Below the pieces are notes generated by a model. That model made no database searches. It was not told the origin of the DNA and saw only the letters and a program-made list of their open reading frames with translations. Of a stretch of DNA of 64,000 bases, positions 1 to 9,268 are shown one piece after another; position 1 is the stretch's first letter, and each line of letters opens with the position of its first letter. A program made the position numbers and the translations under genes. Source of the stretch: Turneriella sp. Its GTDB lineage: Bacteria > Spirochaetota > Leptospiria > Turneriellales > Turneriellaceae. Location of the stretch: the NCBI GenBank assembly GCA_965279515.1, contig CBDIID010000003.1:4192001-4256000 (forward strand). Direction: 5' to 3'.

Positions 1-1388
1 ACGGGATCGTTCGCGGTGCTCAGCGGCGCGCCGAACAGGGCCATGATGGCGTCACCGATGAATTTATCCACCGTGCCGCCTTTTTTACGGACGATGCCGA
101 CCATCAGTGTCAGGTATTCGTTCAGAAAACCGACAACCTCAAGCGGCGTGAGTTTTTCTGAAATGCTGGTGAAAGAACGAATGTCAGAGAAGAAGATCGT
201 CACTTCTTTACTTTCACCGCCGAGGGCCAGGCGGCCGCTGAGAACCCTTTCTGCGATCTCTTCGTTGACGAATTTTCCGAATGCGCCCTTGAGTTTCTCT
301 CTCTCTTCGAGCCCCTTGGCCATGGCATTAAAATCTGTGGTCAGATCGCCGATCTCATCGTGGGTGCTGGGTTCGAGTTTGACTTCATAGTCACCTTCGC
401 GGATCTTTTTGGTGCCGAGCGCGAGTAATTTGATCGGCTCGGAGATCGTTTTTGAAAAAAAATAGATAAACAGTACTGCAATGGCGATAATCAGCAGCGC
501 AATGAGTAATGCACGCGTGCCGGCGCGGCGTACACTCTCGAGGGCGATGTCTTCGTTGACAGTCGTCAAAATGGCGGCATCCGCGGTGCTCAACCTTTGA
601 AAGGCACCCAGCTCGTGGATACCGTCGATTTCATAGCGCCTGACGCCATTCTTGCTGATTTTCTGCGCAGTCATGTACGACACGACGGGATGCGCGCTGA
701 GGTCTTTTCCGACGGGGTTTTTTTCCGATTCGGAATCTGCGACCAGCCTGTGCTGTCCGTCGGTAAGAAAAGCCCGGTAAAGCGAGGTTGTTGAGCCGCG
801 TGACTTCAGCGTTGAGAACAGCGCCGCCAGTGTATCGGAGCGCATCAAGGCAACGACCACACCGCGGCGTTTTTGTCCGTTGTAGCGTGCACCGGCGAGT
901 ATCCACGCGCCTGCCTTGGTATCGCTGAGTGCCCGGATGCTCGTCTTGCCCTGCGATGCCAGGGCGAGGTCTATTGCCGGCAATTGCAGGGCCTTTTCTA
1001 CCTGCGCCAGGGTAATTTTTGTATGCCTGAGTTTTGTATCCCGGTAGAGTATCTTTTCGCGCTCGAATCTGCCTTCCGATTCGGTATACCAGGTGATGGC
1101 GAGAAACTCCCCCGTATCTTCAAAGTAGTTATCCTCCAGAGCGGGATTGTTTTCCCTGCCTGCGTCCAGCAGCCGCAGTGATTCGAGTGTATGGCTGATT
1201 TCCGAATCGATCTTATCCGACATCATCCGCGCATTGTTGCCGTTATTGAGCGTAACCATGTTCCGCAGGTCTTTCTGGAAAAGATTCAGGGTCGTGGTAA
1301 TCAGGAAGAAAAGGCTGAGCAGCACAAGCGCCGAGATAATCACCATGAGTTTCGTGCGGATGGATATAAACCGAAGTTTTCTGATCAT
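1..1388 (-). CDS. Membrane-bound HAMP-domain class III adenylate/guanylate cyclase (runs off the window start)
   Basis: Missing from the ORF track because its stop lies outside the window. Hand translation of the minus strand: ATG at 1388 (MIRKLRFISIRTKLMVII, TM segment); near position 1 GGTVDKFIGDAIMALFGAP in the same frame, a class III cyclase motif. Confidence 0.9.
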   Translation of the reverse strand, partial: MIRKLRFISIRTKLMVIISALVLLSLFFLITTTLNLFQKDLRNMVTLNNGNNARMMSDKIDSEISHTLESLRLLDAGRENNPALEDNYFEDTGEFLAITWYTESEGRFEREKILYRDTKLRHTKITLAQVEKALQLPAIDLALASQGKTSIRALSDTKAGAWILAGARYNGQKRRGVVVALMRSDTLAALFSTLKSRGSTTSLYRAFLTDGQHRLVADSESEKNPVGKDLSAHPVVSYMTAQKISKNGVRRYEIDGIHELGAFQRLSTADAAILTTVNEDIALESVRRAGTRALLIALLIIAIAVLFIYFFSKTISEPIKLLALGTKKIREGDYEVKLEPSTHDEIGDLTTDFNAMAKGLEEREKLKGAFGKFVNEEIAERVLSGRLALGGESKEVTIFFSDIRSFTSISEKLTPLEVVGFLNEYLTLMVGIVRKKGGTVDKFIGDAIMALFGAPLSTANDP

Positions 1389-1550
1389 GATCAATGCCCC
1401 TGATGGATATTTCAGATGATATTAGCGGGAAAAATCAAAAAGTCAAGGCGGCCCAATACCGGAAAAACCGCGTATTTTTACCTGCCCGCCGCCTGCCAGT
1501 GCATACGCGAAAGAACTTGCAGGCCGCAGAATTGCTGGAATACTGCCATT

Positions 1551-3080
1551 ATGGTAGTGTGGCAATTTATCACTGAGCGTCCCATAGCAAGCCTCTTCAT
1601 CGCTATCGGCGTGTTTTTTCTCCTGGTTTTTATCCGCGACATCTTTCAGCGCAAGCGGACAATCCAGCACAATTTTCCGCTGGTCGGTCACCTGCGTTAC
1701 ATGCTCGAAGTGATTGGGCCCGAACTGCGCCAGTATTGGGTTGCGGATGACAAAGAAGAGATGCCGTTCAACCGTGCCGAGCGGCGCTGGGTTTATGCGA
1801 CGGCGAAGGGCCAGAATAATAATTTTGGCTTCGGCACCACCGAGCAGCTCTACGAACCCGGCTACCCGATTATCAAACACGCGGTTTTTCCTTTCCCCGA
1901 GTCGAGGGCCGTGGTGATCCATGAAGATCCGTCGGCGATACCTTCGCTCAAAGTGATCGGCGAATCGCATAAGCGCGCGAAGGCCTGGCGGCCGCCGTCG
2001 ATCATCAATATTTCGGCAATGTCGTTCGGTTCCCTGGGTGACCATGCGGTTACAGCGCTTAACCAGGGCGCCAAAAAGGCGCATTGCTGGCATAATACCG
2101 GTGAGGGCGGATTTTCCCCGTACCATACGAAAGGCGCCGACGTGGTCTGGCAGATCGGCACGGGATATTTTGGCGCGCGCGACGAAAATGGTTTTAACCT
2201 GGATAAGGTCGTCGCGCGCATTGATGAAAATCCGCAGATTCGCATGCTCGAGATAAAATTATCGCAGGGCGCAAAGCCCGGTAAGGGGGGGATTCTCCCC
2301 GGAGCCAAAGTCACGGCGGAGATTGCAGCGATTCGCGGCGTCAAAAAAGGAAAGGATTGCCTCTCGCCGAATTTTCACACCGAATTTTCGACGGCCTCCG
2401 AGATGATCACGTTTATCGAGCACCTCGGCGCCGCCACGGGTTTACCCGTGGGTATCAAGAGTGCGATCGGCGAGCTGGCGTTTTGGGAAGAACTTGCGGA
2501 GCGTATGGCGCAGACAAAAAAAGGCCCTGACTTTATTACCATCGATGGCGGCGAGGGCGGCACGGGTGCGGCGCCTTTAACCTTTGCCGATCACGTCTCC
2601 CTGCCTTTCAAAGTTGGCTTCGCCCGTGTTTACCAGATCTTTCAAAAAGAAAAAATTTCCGAACGGATTACTTTTATCGGTTCGGGTAAGCTTGGTTTTC
2701 CTGACCGCGCGGTTGTGGCATTGGCGATGGGCTGTGACCTCGTCAATATCGCGCGCGAGGCGATGCTCGCGATCGGCTGTATCCAGGCGCAGAAATGCCA
2801 TACGGGCCATTGCCCCGCCGGCGTGGCGACGCAGAACTGGTGGCTGCAGCGCGGGCTCGACATCGACGATAAGACCGAGCGCACGGCGCGGTTTATCAAG
2901 GGGTTTCGTAAGGAGTTACTCGCCCTCGCGCACGCAGCGGGTTACGAACATCCGCTGCAATTCACCGGCGAAGATATCGAAATCAGTTCGGGCATGAATA
3001 AATATAAGACGCTCACCGAAGTTCTGGGCTATCGGCGCGACAAAGTTAATTTCCCCGGCATGGCGAAGTTGGTGGCTTAA
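1551..3080 (+). CDS. FMN-binding glutamate synthase family protein with N-terminal membrane anchor
   Basis: Motifs NISAMSFGSL, HNTGEGG, EIKLSQGAKPGKGG, DGGEGGTGAAP and CIQAQKCHTGHCP (3Fe-4S). ATG 1551 preferred over the ORF-track start at 1416. Confidence 0.9.
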   Translation: MVVWQFITERPIASLFIAIGVFFLLVFIRDIFQRKRTIQHNFPLVGHLRYMLEVIGPELRQYWVADDKEEMPFNRAERRWVYATAKGQNNNFGFGTTEQLYEPGYPIIKHAVFPFPESRAVVIHEDPSAIPSLKVIGESHKRAKAWRPPSIINISAMSFGSLGDHAVTALNQGAKKAHCWHNTGEGGFSPYHTKGADVVWQIGTGYFGARDENGFNLDKVVARIDENPQIRMLEIKLSQGAKPGKGGILPGAKVTAEIAAIRGVKKGKDCLSPNFHTEFSTASEMITFIEHLGAATGLPVGIKSAIGELAFWEELAERMAQTKKGPDFITIDGGEGGTGAAPLTFADHVSLPFKVGFARVYQIFQKEKISERITFIGSGKLGFPDRAVVALAMGCDLVNIAREAMLAIGCIQAQKCHTGHCPAGVATQNWWLQRGLDIDDKTERTARFIKGFRKELLALAHAAGYEHPLQFTGEDIEISSGMNKYKTLTEVLGYRRDKVNFPGMAKLVA

Positions 3081-3101
3081 ATACTCAGCAAAACTGCTCG
3101 C

Positions 3102-5261
3102 GTGATGGTGAAAATAGCGCTCTTCGGCGTTGCGGTCTTCTTCTCGCTGAGTGGCCAGTCGGTTCGTGCTCCGGTTACCGATATTTTTGATACGGAAACA
3201 CTCGAGGCTCTCGATCAACCTGGTTTATTTTCGCTGGCAACCGTCTTGCAGCCGGAAAACGCCGGTAATGAAAAATCTGAAATGTACGCTAATGCCATAA
3301 GGAATGGCGATAGGCTCAAAAAATTGCGGCTAAACAGCCTTTATCGAGAAAGTACTTACTTCAGAGACATTGCCGATACAATCGCGGCCGATACCCGTGA
3401 GCTCATGGCACAATCCGGATTAAAGTTTGCCTATAGTGCGCAACAGGCCGAAAGTCTCGCACCTGCCGGTAATATCGGGCGACACTTTGACTGGCACTGG
3501 CTGACATCGGCCAGTGCGGCTTTTACCCTCGTCGCGGTCGTAAACCGTATTGACCGAAAGGACTTTTACGATTCTGGGTGTGGAGAAATCCGCCTGATTT
3601 ACCGGCTGGCATACAGCCGCCGCGTCAAAAAAGGAAAGCAATTCCATGAAAATTATTCTACGTTACCGGTTTTTCTCAATGTCGTCTTTGAACGTAAAAC
3701 AGCTGATTGCCGCGCCGCCGCACGTGAATGGTCCGTTGTGCCTCAGCTTCCCGATCTGCTGAGCCGGAATCACCTGCGCCTGAGGCAAATCGAGCTCAAC
3801 ATGCAGGTATTGCGCTTTCCTTCGGGTCAAATGACCGACTTTGGAGGGCAGGCCGTTTACCTCCTGCGAATATTCGGGGATTCTGAAGGGAAGTTTCAGC
3901 CGTTGCCTCTGGAAAACACACCAGATGTGTCACTGATCGCCAGCGATGTTTCGCTGCAGACCGATCTCGCGCGTCAGCTCAGTGATGAAAAAAATCTGCC
4001 ATTGATCGATCGCGGCACTTTCGTATTGCATAATACCAGCGGAAAGATGCTGGCAAAGCGGGCGCTATCGTTTTCAACAACGGGTCGGCAGAGGCTCGCA
4101 AATAAACCTTTTGCCTCGCTGTACGGGCATTCGCCTGTGATCAGAGATGTCCTGAGTCAAGCGAAGCTTGAATCTATGCGATTTGTCGCCAGTATTCCGG
4201 GTTTACTCGAGCGACTGGATGCAATGAGCTGCATGGGTTGCCATCAGACCAATAGCACAGCGGGCTTTCATACTCTGGGAATCAACGCTGAGAATAATTC
4301 CTCATTCAATCGCACGCTTATCCCTTTTTCTCCGCATTTTCATTCAGAGAGAAACCGCCGGATCTCATATTTATTTGCACTCGCCGGGGAAGCAAATCCT
4401 GATTTATTCCGGCCTCACCCTGCGTATGTTCTGAATTCAGCGGTGCCCGGTGCCATTGCAACGCCACAGAAATCGGGAGTTCGTGGGCTGTGTCTTCGGG
4501 ATACGCGGCATTTTAAGATGCCCCTCGCATGTGCGGATAAGGAAGCCGAATGCTTGATTACTGCGCAAAATGAGCGGTTGGGGTTTCAGATTGGTGAATG
4601 TGTGGTTCGGCGATCGGCACCGGCAAAGGCGATGTTTGGCGGTCATATCTGCCGGCTTGGAAAAATTAGTGATGCTTCACCCGGGGCTCTGCAAAAGATT
4701 CCCCCACATCAGGATTTTAATTTGTCCAGTTTTAAAGATCGGATTACAGACCTGGGAGGTACCGGGATTCCCGCCGAGCTCTATGCGAATTCAGCAAGTC
4801 TCCGGAATTTTTTCTGTGGTGAGCCAAGAAAAGGTACGCCGCTGGGCAGGATCGCCAAAAAATGCGTCAATAACTCAGCAGAAGGTCGTCTGGAGTTTGC
4901 CGAGAATTTGTCAGGGAATATAATTTCCCGAGAGGTGTGTGCCGTAAGTGGTGGAACGCATTTTGATGCCTGCGCGGCGGGTGAAGATCCTGTGACATGC
5001 CTGACCAATACCCCTGTTGCGCGGACGATGCTGGATATTTGCTATCAAGGACAATTTTGCCGCGAGGATTACATTTGCCAGAAACTGCCGCGGGAGATAG
5101 CTTTGCGTTATACCGGAACAGAGCGGCACCAGGTTTCAGAACGGATCGATGCTTTTTCATCACGTGGGTATGGGTTCTGTACGCCGAATTATTTCATTTT
5201 TAACATGCGCATTGACGGGCATATCCTGCCAGAGAAACGTCAGCAGGAAGCTAAACGATGA
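3102..5261 (+). CDS. Secreted Cys-rich hypothetical protein with one CxxCH motif
   Basis: 719 aa ORF with a signal-peptide-like N-terminus, SCMGCHQ, and many Cys in the C-terminal third. Stop overlaps the next start (ATGA). Confidence 0.75.
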   Translation: MMVKIALFGVAVFFSLSGQSVRAPVTDIFDTETLEALDQPGLFSLATVLQPENAGNEKSEMYANAIRNGDRLKKLRLNSLYRESTYFRDIADTIAADTRELMAQSGLKFAYSAQQAESLAPAGNIGRHFDWHWLTSASAAFTLVAVVNRIDRKDFYDSGCGEIRLIYRLAYSRRVKKGKQFHENYSTLPVFLNVVFERKTADCRAAAREWSVVPQLPDLLSRNHLRLRQIELNMQVLRFPSGQMTDFGGQAVYLLRIFGDSEGKFQPLPLENTPDVSLIASDVSLQTDLARQLSDEKNLPLIDRGTFVLHNTSGKMLAKRALSFSTTGRQRLANKPFASLYGHSPVIRDVLSQAKLESMRFVASIPGLLERLDAMSCMGCHQTNSTAGFHTLGINAENNSSFNRTLIPFSPHFHSERNRRISYLFALAGEANPDLFRPHPAYVLNSAVPGAIATPQKSGVRGLCLRDTRHFKMPLACADKEAECLITAQNERLGFQIGECVVRRSAPAKAMFGGHICRLGKISDASPGALQKIPPHQDFNLSSFKDRITDLGGTGIPAELYANSASLRNFFCGEPRKGTPLGRIAKKCVNNSAEGRLEFAENLSGNIISREVCAVSGGTHFDACAAGEDPVTCLTNTPVARTMLDICYQGQFCREDYICQKLPREIALRYTGTERHQVSERIDAFSSRGYGFCTPNYFIFNMRIDGHILPEKRQQEAKR

Positions 5262-6001
5262 AATTCATTTCCTGCTGCCTGGTATTATCCGCCGCTTCGC
5301 TCTTGCCAGCGTTGCCCGGGGATTTTGTATTTCTGAGCGATGTAGATCCATCCATATTGCAGGAGATCCGCTATGCCACCGGGCATAATTTTATGGGTAA
5401 AGCCGACCGACAATACCAGACTGGAACCTGCATCCTACGCAGGCCTGTAGCGGAAGCATTGAAGGAAATCCAGCAAAAACAGCTGCTGCCGAGGGGACTT
5501 TCGTTCAAAGTATTTGATTGTTACCGGCCGCACGGCACTGTGACCCGGTTTGTGGACTGGGTGAGTTCGCCTGTATCCCTTGCCGCTAAGAATCGATATT
5601 TTCCACGCGTAGAAAAGACTGAGCTCATCGTGAAAAGTTATATTGGATCGCCCTCCCTGCATTCTAAAGGCATTGCTGTAGATCTGACTATTGTCCGGGT
5701 TGACGGCAAAAATGATGGCATCCAGACACAGCAGCCGGTTTGCGGAGCCGGGCCTCTAGCGGGAAATCAAAATCCTGAGTTGGAGATGGGGACTGGCTTT
5801 GACTGCTTTGATGAAAAGAGCCGCAGCGGTGCTCCGGAGAACCTCATCGGTAAAAATGCCTTCGCAAACCGCCGCTTCTTGCGGAAACTCATGCAGGCGC
5901 AGGGTTTCAAACCCTATACTGCGGAATGGTGGCATTTTCGCTTTGCTGATACGCAGGCGGGGAAGATTTATTTTGATTTTGATGTTATTTCGCACGATTA
6001 A
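5258..6001 (+). CDS. D-alanyl-D-alanine dipeptidase (peptidase M15D, VanX/DdpX family), exported
   Basis: IRYATGHNFMG, FDCYRP, SLHSKGIAVD (SxHxxGxAxD), MGTGFDCF and EWWHF motifs; signal-peptide-like N-terminus. Confidence 0.92.
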   Translation: MKFISCCLVLSAASLLPALPGDFVFLSDVDPSILQEIRYATGHNFMGKADRQYQTGTCILRRPVAEALKEIQQKQLLPRGLSFKVFDCYRPHGTVTRFVDWVSSPVSLAAKNRYFPRVEKTELIVKSYIGSPSLHSKGIAVDLTIVRVDGKNDGIQTQQPVCGAGPLAGNQNPELEMGTGFDCFDEKSRSGAPENLIGKNAFANRRFLRKLMQAQGFKPYTAEWWHFRFADTQAGKIYFDFDVISHD

Positions 6002-6429
6002 CTTTGCCGCTCGTTTACTGCCGTGCAAACTGCAGAATTTTCTGCCAATGGTTGCCCGATAAGCGTGCGTTCGGAAGGGGATTCTTTTTTGGCGAGACCA
6101 TAACCCGCGTATTCGACTAAAAGTACGCTGCAGCCGTTGCTGGCAAAAACTCTGCCGAAGATCGCCTCGCGCGCCATGGTGGATGCCTGGCCGTGGAATA
6201 GCACGACAAGATTCGGGCCATGCCTGGCGAAGAATCCATAAACGGTGCGCACCCCATTCCGGGCGGTGACGACAAAGCCACCGCCCAGCGAAGGCAGCCT
6301 GGTGTCAGGATTTTTTTTGAAAATAAACGGCCGTGAAACACAAGCCGCTAATAACAGCGGAAGTAAAAACAGTACGAACCGGCGGCTGTGCCGCCCTAAA
6401 GGCCGCGGCTGCCGTAAAAAATGAGCCAT
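5998..6429 (-). pseudogene. 3'-truncated alpha/beta hydrolase lipoprotein
   Basis: LLLAAC lipobox, VVLFHGQ and VLLVEYAGYG hydrolase motifs, then an early stop before any GxSxG nucleophile motif. Confidence 0.7.
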
Positions 6430-7313
6430 TCTTCTTTCTCCCGGGTGAAAAATTTCCCGACGTTCTGTGCCTGAAGAAAGTTCGTGAATGATTCGCCTTG
6501 CGCGGTGGGAATCCCCGACAGCGCCCAGGCGCGGCAATGCATGAGCGCCGGTTTCAGCAGGGCCGCATTGGCCTCAAAAATATTCGGCAAAATATTTGCG
6601 ACAAAAACCGTATGCGCAGCATCGGTGTGAATCCCACTCAGAGAACCGAAATCACCGACGGCAAAATCAGCCTGAAAAGCGCGGCCATGCTTTTTTGCAT
6701 TGAGTTCGAGATTTGTGTTTGCAGATTCGATAGCCAGCGTTTCGACGTCGATGCCGTAAACCCGTTCGGCATGCCAGAGCAGGGCGGCGATCGCCAGGAT
6801 ACCCGAACCTGAACCCATGTCGATGACGCAATCGGTCTTGCGGATATTCTCTTCGATGAATTCTACCATGAGCTGTGTCGTTGCGTGTTTACCGGTACCG
6901 AATGCCATACCGGGAACCAGAAAGAGTTTTTGCGCGGACGCCGGTATTTCGGGATTCGCCTCGTCCCAAGGCGGCACCAGCGCCGTCTTACCGGTGAGCA
7001 TGAATGCCTTAAAGGTCTTTTCAAATTCTTTCAGGTAATCCGCGTACCTGACCTGCGACACAGAGAAGGGGGCGTCGGGAAGTTCGATTGTGGCAAGCGC
7101 CATCGGCACGAAGGCGCGCGCGGGAAAATCTTCATTAAAGAAGAAATAAAGGCTGGTATTGTCTTCGAGGATATTCGAAGATCTGCCTTCGGCATAGAGG
7201 AGTTCAAAGGTACTCTGCGCTCCTGATTTGAGAAAAAACTCTTCCACTTCCAGTGCGCGTTCTTTGGGAACGCTGATTTCGATTTGCCAGAAAACGGTGG
7301 AGATGTAATTCAA
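6396..7313 (-). CDS. prmA: 50S ribosomal protein L11 methyltransferase
   Basis: VPPW, PGMAFGTGKHATT, DMGSGSGILAIAA, VANIL and LSGI motifs. Confidence 0.92.
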   Translation of the reverse strand: MNYISTVFWQIEISVPKERALEVEEFFLKSGAQSTFELLYAEGRSSNILEDNTSLYFFFNEDFPARAFVPMALATIELPDAPFSVSQVRYADYLKEFEKTFKAFMLTGKTALVPPWDEANPEIPASAQKLFLVPGMAFGTGKHATTQLMVEFIEENIRKTDCVIDMGSGSGILAIAALLWHAERVYGIDVETLAIESANTNLELNAKKHGRAFQADFAVGDFGSLSGIHTDAAHTVFVANILPNIFEANAALLKPALMHCRAWALSGIPTAQGESFTNFLQAQNVGKFFTREKEEWLIFYGSRGL

Positions 7314-7426
7314 ATCTCGCCCCTATCCCCTGACCCCTTTCCCCGATTCCGGGGCAAGGGGAATGTAAGAAATCTTTTCTCCCTTCCCCCAGACTTGGGG
7401 GAAGGGCCGGGGAAGGGGGCGAAGAT
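7314..7426. repeat. Two-hairpin GC-rich palindromic intergenic element (CIR/REP-like)
   Basis: Hairpin 1 CCCCTTTCCCCG-ATTC-CGGGGCAAGGGG (7334-7361), hairpin 2 CCCTTCCCCCA-GACT-TGGGGGAAGGG (7381-7406), closed by outer arms CGCCCCTATCCCC / GGGGAAGGGGGCG. Confidence 0.7.
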
Positions 7427-8418
7427 CAGAGGCGCGACCTCGTTTCCGCAAACTCGTGGGCAAAGTAGGTGATGACTGCATCAGCGCCGGCACGGAAAAA
7501 TGCCAGCAGCATTTCATCGCGCGCGCGCTCGGGATCAATCCACTTTTTTTCACCCGCAGCTTTCACCATCGCATACTCGCCGCTGACATTGTAGCAGACG
7601 ACGGGCAGGTCGCTTGCCTCTTTGACGCGGCAGATGATATCGAGGTAGGCGAGCGCCGGCTTTACCATCAGGTAGTCGGCGCCCTCGGCGGCGTCGATGC
7701 GGGCTTCGCGCAGGGCTTCACGCGCGTTTGCCGGATTCATCTGGTAGGTCTTTTTATCGCCGAATTTCGGCGCCGATTGCAGCGCATCGCGGAACGGGCC
7801 ATAATAGGCGCTGGCGTATTTTGCCGTATAAGACATGATCGCGGTTTTTGTATGGCCGGCGGCATCGAGCGCATCGCGTATGTAACCCACGCGGCCGTCC
7901 ATCATATCTGAGGGGCCCAGGATATCGATACCCGCTTCGGCCTGCGCCAGCGACATTTTCGCCAGTACCTCGAGCGTCGCATCGTTTAAAATTTCACCGT
8001 TCTCGACGATGCCGTCGTGGCCGTCGCTGCTGTAGGGGTCGAGCGCAACATCGGAAATCAATACGGCTTCGGGGAAATTTTTCTTAAAGGTGCGGATCAT
8101 CCTCAGGTAAAAATTCTGCGCCGACCAGGAATAAGAGCCCGTTTTATCTTTCAACGCGTCGTCGACCGCAGGAAATAAGATAAAACTCCGGATGCCGAGT
8201 TTGAGCGATGCCGCGATACGCGCCAATGCCTTGTCTTCGCTGAAGCGAAAAACGCCCGGCATCGAAGAAATTTCTTCCGCTTTGTTTATCCCATCGATGA
8301 GAAAAAGCGGTTCGATCAGCTTATCGACGCGAATCTGCGTCTCTTCTGCGAGCGCACGGACGCCATGCAGAGTGCGGTTGCGCCGCGGTCGTTCTCTGAG
8401 GTAATCTGCCTGAGGCAT
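7426..8418 (-). CDS. hemB: Porphobilinogen synthase (delta-aminolevulinic acid dehydratase)
   Basis: RPRR, DVALDPYSSDGHDG (Asp-type metal site), PSDMMDGRV, SAYYGPFRDA and LMVKP motifs. Confidence 0.97.
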   Translation of the reverse strand: MPQADYLRERPRRNRTLHGVRALAEETQIRVDKLIEPLFLIDGINKAEEISSMPGVFRFSEDKALARIAASLKLGIRSFILFPAVDDALKDKTGSYSWSAQNFYLRMIRTFKKNFPEAVLISDVALDPYSSDGHDGIVENGEILNDATLEVLAKMSLAQAEAGIDILGPSDMMDGRVGYIRDALDAAGHTKTAIMSYTAKYASAYYGPFRDALQSAPKFGDKKTYQMNPANAREALREARIDAAEGADYLMVKPALAYLDIICRVKEASDLPVVCYNVSGEYAMVKAAGEKKWIDPERARDEMLLAFFRAGADAVITYFAHEFAETRSRL

Positions 8419-8419
8419 G

Positions 8420-9268
8420 TCAGTTTGAAGGTTTTACTTTTGTGAGTTTGCCGCGCGAATTACTTTCGTTCTCAAAATCCTGGGCCTGCTTGAGGTGTTC
8501 TTCAAAAGGCAGTACGAAAAAATGTTCCGGATCGAGGATGATTCCCTGCTGCGTACGCATCTCAAAGTGCAGGTGAGGCCCGGTCGAGCGGCCGGTATTG
8601 CCCGAGCTGCCGACGATTTGCCCGCGTACGATTTTGTCGCCGACTTTGACGAACGAGTCGGTGAGGTGGGCATACCATGCCACCGTGCCGTCATGGTTCT
8701 CGACAAAAACGCAGTGCCCGTAGGCGCCCTGGTCGCCGATCAGCATCACGGTACCGTCGGTGGCGCCGACAACGATGCTGCCGCGCGAGGCCGCAACGTC
8801 GATACCACCATGCACCTTGCCCCAGCGGTTGCCGACGCGGCTGGTGATGCGGATGCCCATCACCGGCCAGACATACTGGCCTTTTTTCAGCGTGACCTTT
8901 TGGCGGTAGATGCCTTTTTCTTTCAGGTCTTCAATATATTTTGCGATGAAAGGAATAAAATAGAGGCCGTTTTTCTTGATGTGCTTCTGTGATGGATTCA
9001 GCTCGTTGACGAGGCGAAAAAGCATCGGGTCGCACATCTCTTCTTTGCAGGTCTTTTTGATCGATGCCGTCGAGGTGATGTTCGCCCAGACGCCGGCATA
9101 ACCCTGGTACGTCTGGATGAGGCGGTTGTCGATTTCCACGTCGCCTTCTTTCATGAGCGCTTCGGCGCGCTCGGCCATGACCTGCCAGCTCGATTGCGCG
9201 CCACTACCGGCCGAGGCCGCGTCGGCCGCGAGAAGCAAGAGACATAAGATCAGACCCGGTTTATTCAT
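8420..9268 (-). CDS. M23 family metallopeptidase, exported
   Basis: Signal peptide; HGGIDV, YAHL and GNTGRSTGPHLHFE motifs. Confidence 0.92.
   Translation of the reverse strand: MNKPGLILCLLLLAADAASAGSGAQSSWQVMAERAEALMKEGDVEIDNRLIQTYQGYAGVWANITSTASIKKTCKEEMCDPMLFRLVNELNPSQKHIKKNGLYFIPFIAKYIEDLKEKGIYRQKVTLKKGQYVWPVMGIRITSRVGNRWGKVHGGIDVAASRGSIVVGATDGTVMLIGDQGAYGHCVFVENHDGTVAWYAHLTDSFVKVGDKIVRGQIVGSSGNTGRSTGPHLHFEMRTQQGIILDPEHFFVLPFEEHLKQAQDFENESNSRGKLTKVKPSN

Noticed and set aside
1416..1550. Long N-terminal extensions in the ORF track (also 14558, 17528, 31948, 37030, 39814, 43937, 48201, 49070)
   Set aside because: These are longest-ORF artefacts; downstream starts fit domain boundaries, SD sites or promoter spacing better.
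5258..6001. Vancomycin-resistance cluster
   Set aside because: Only a VanX/DdpX-family gene is present; no vanH, vanA or vanRS neighbours.
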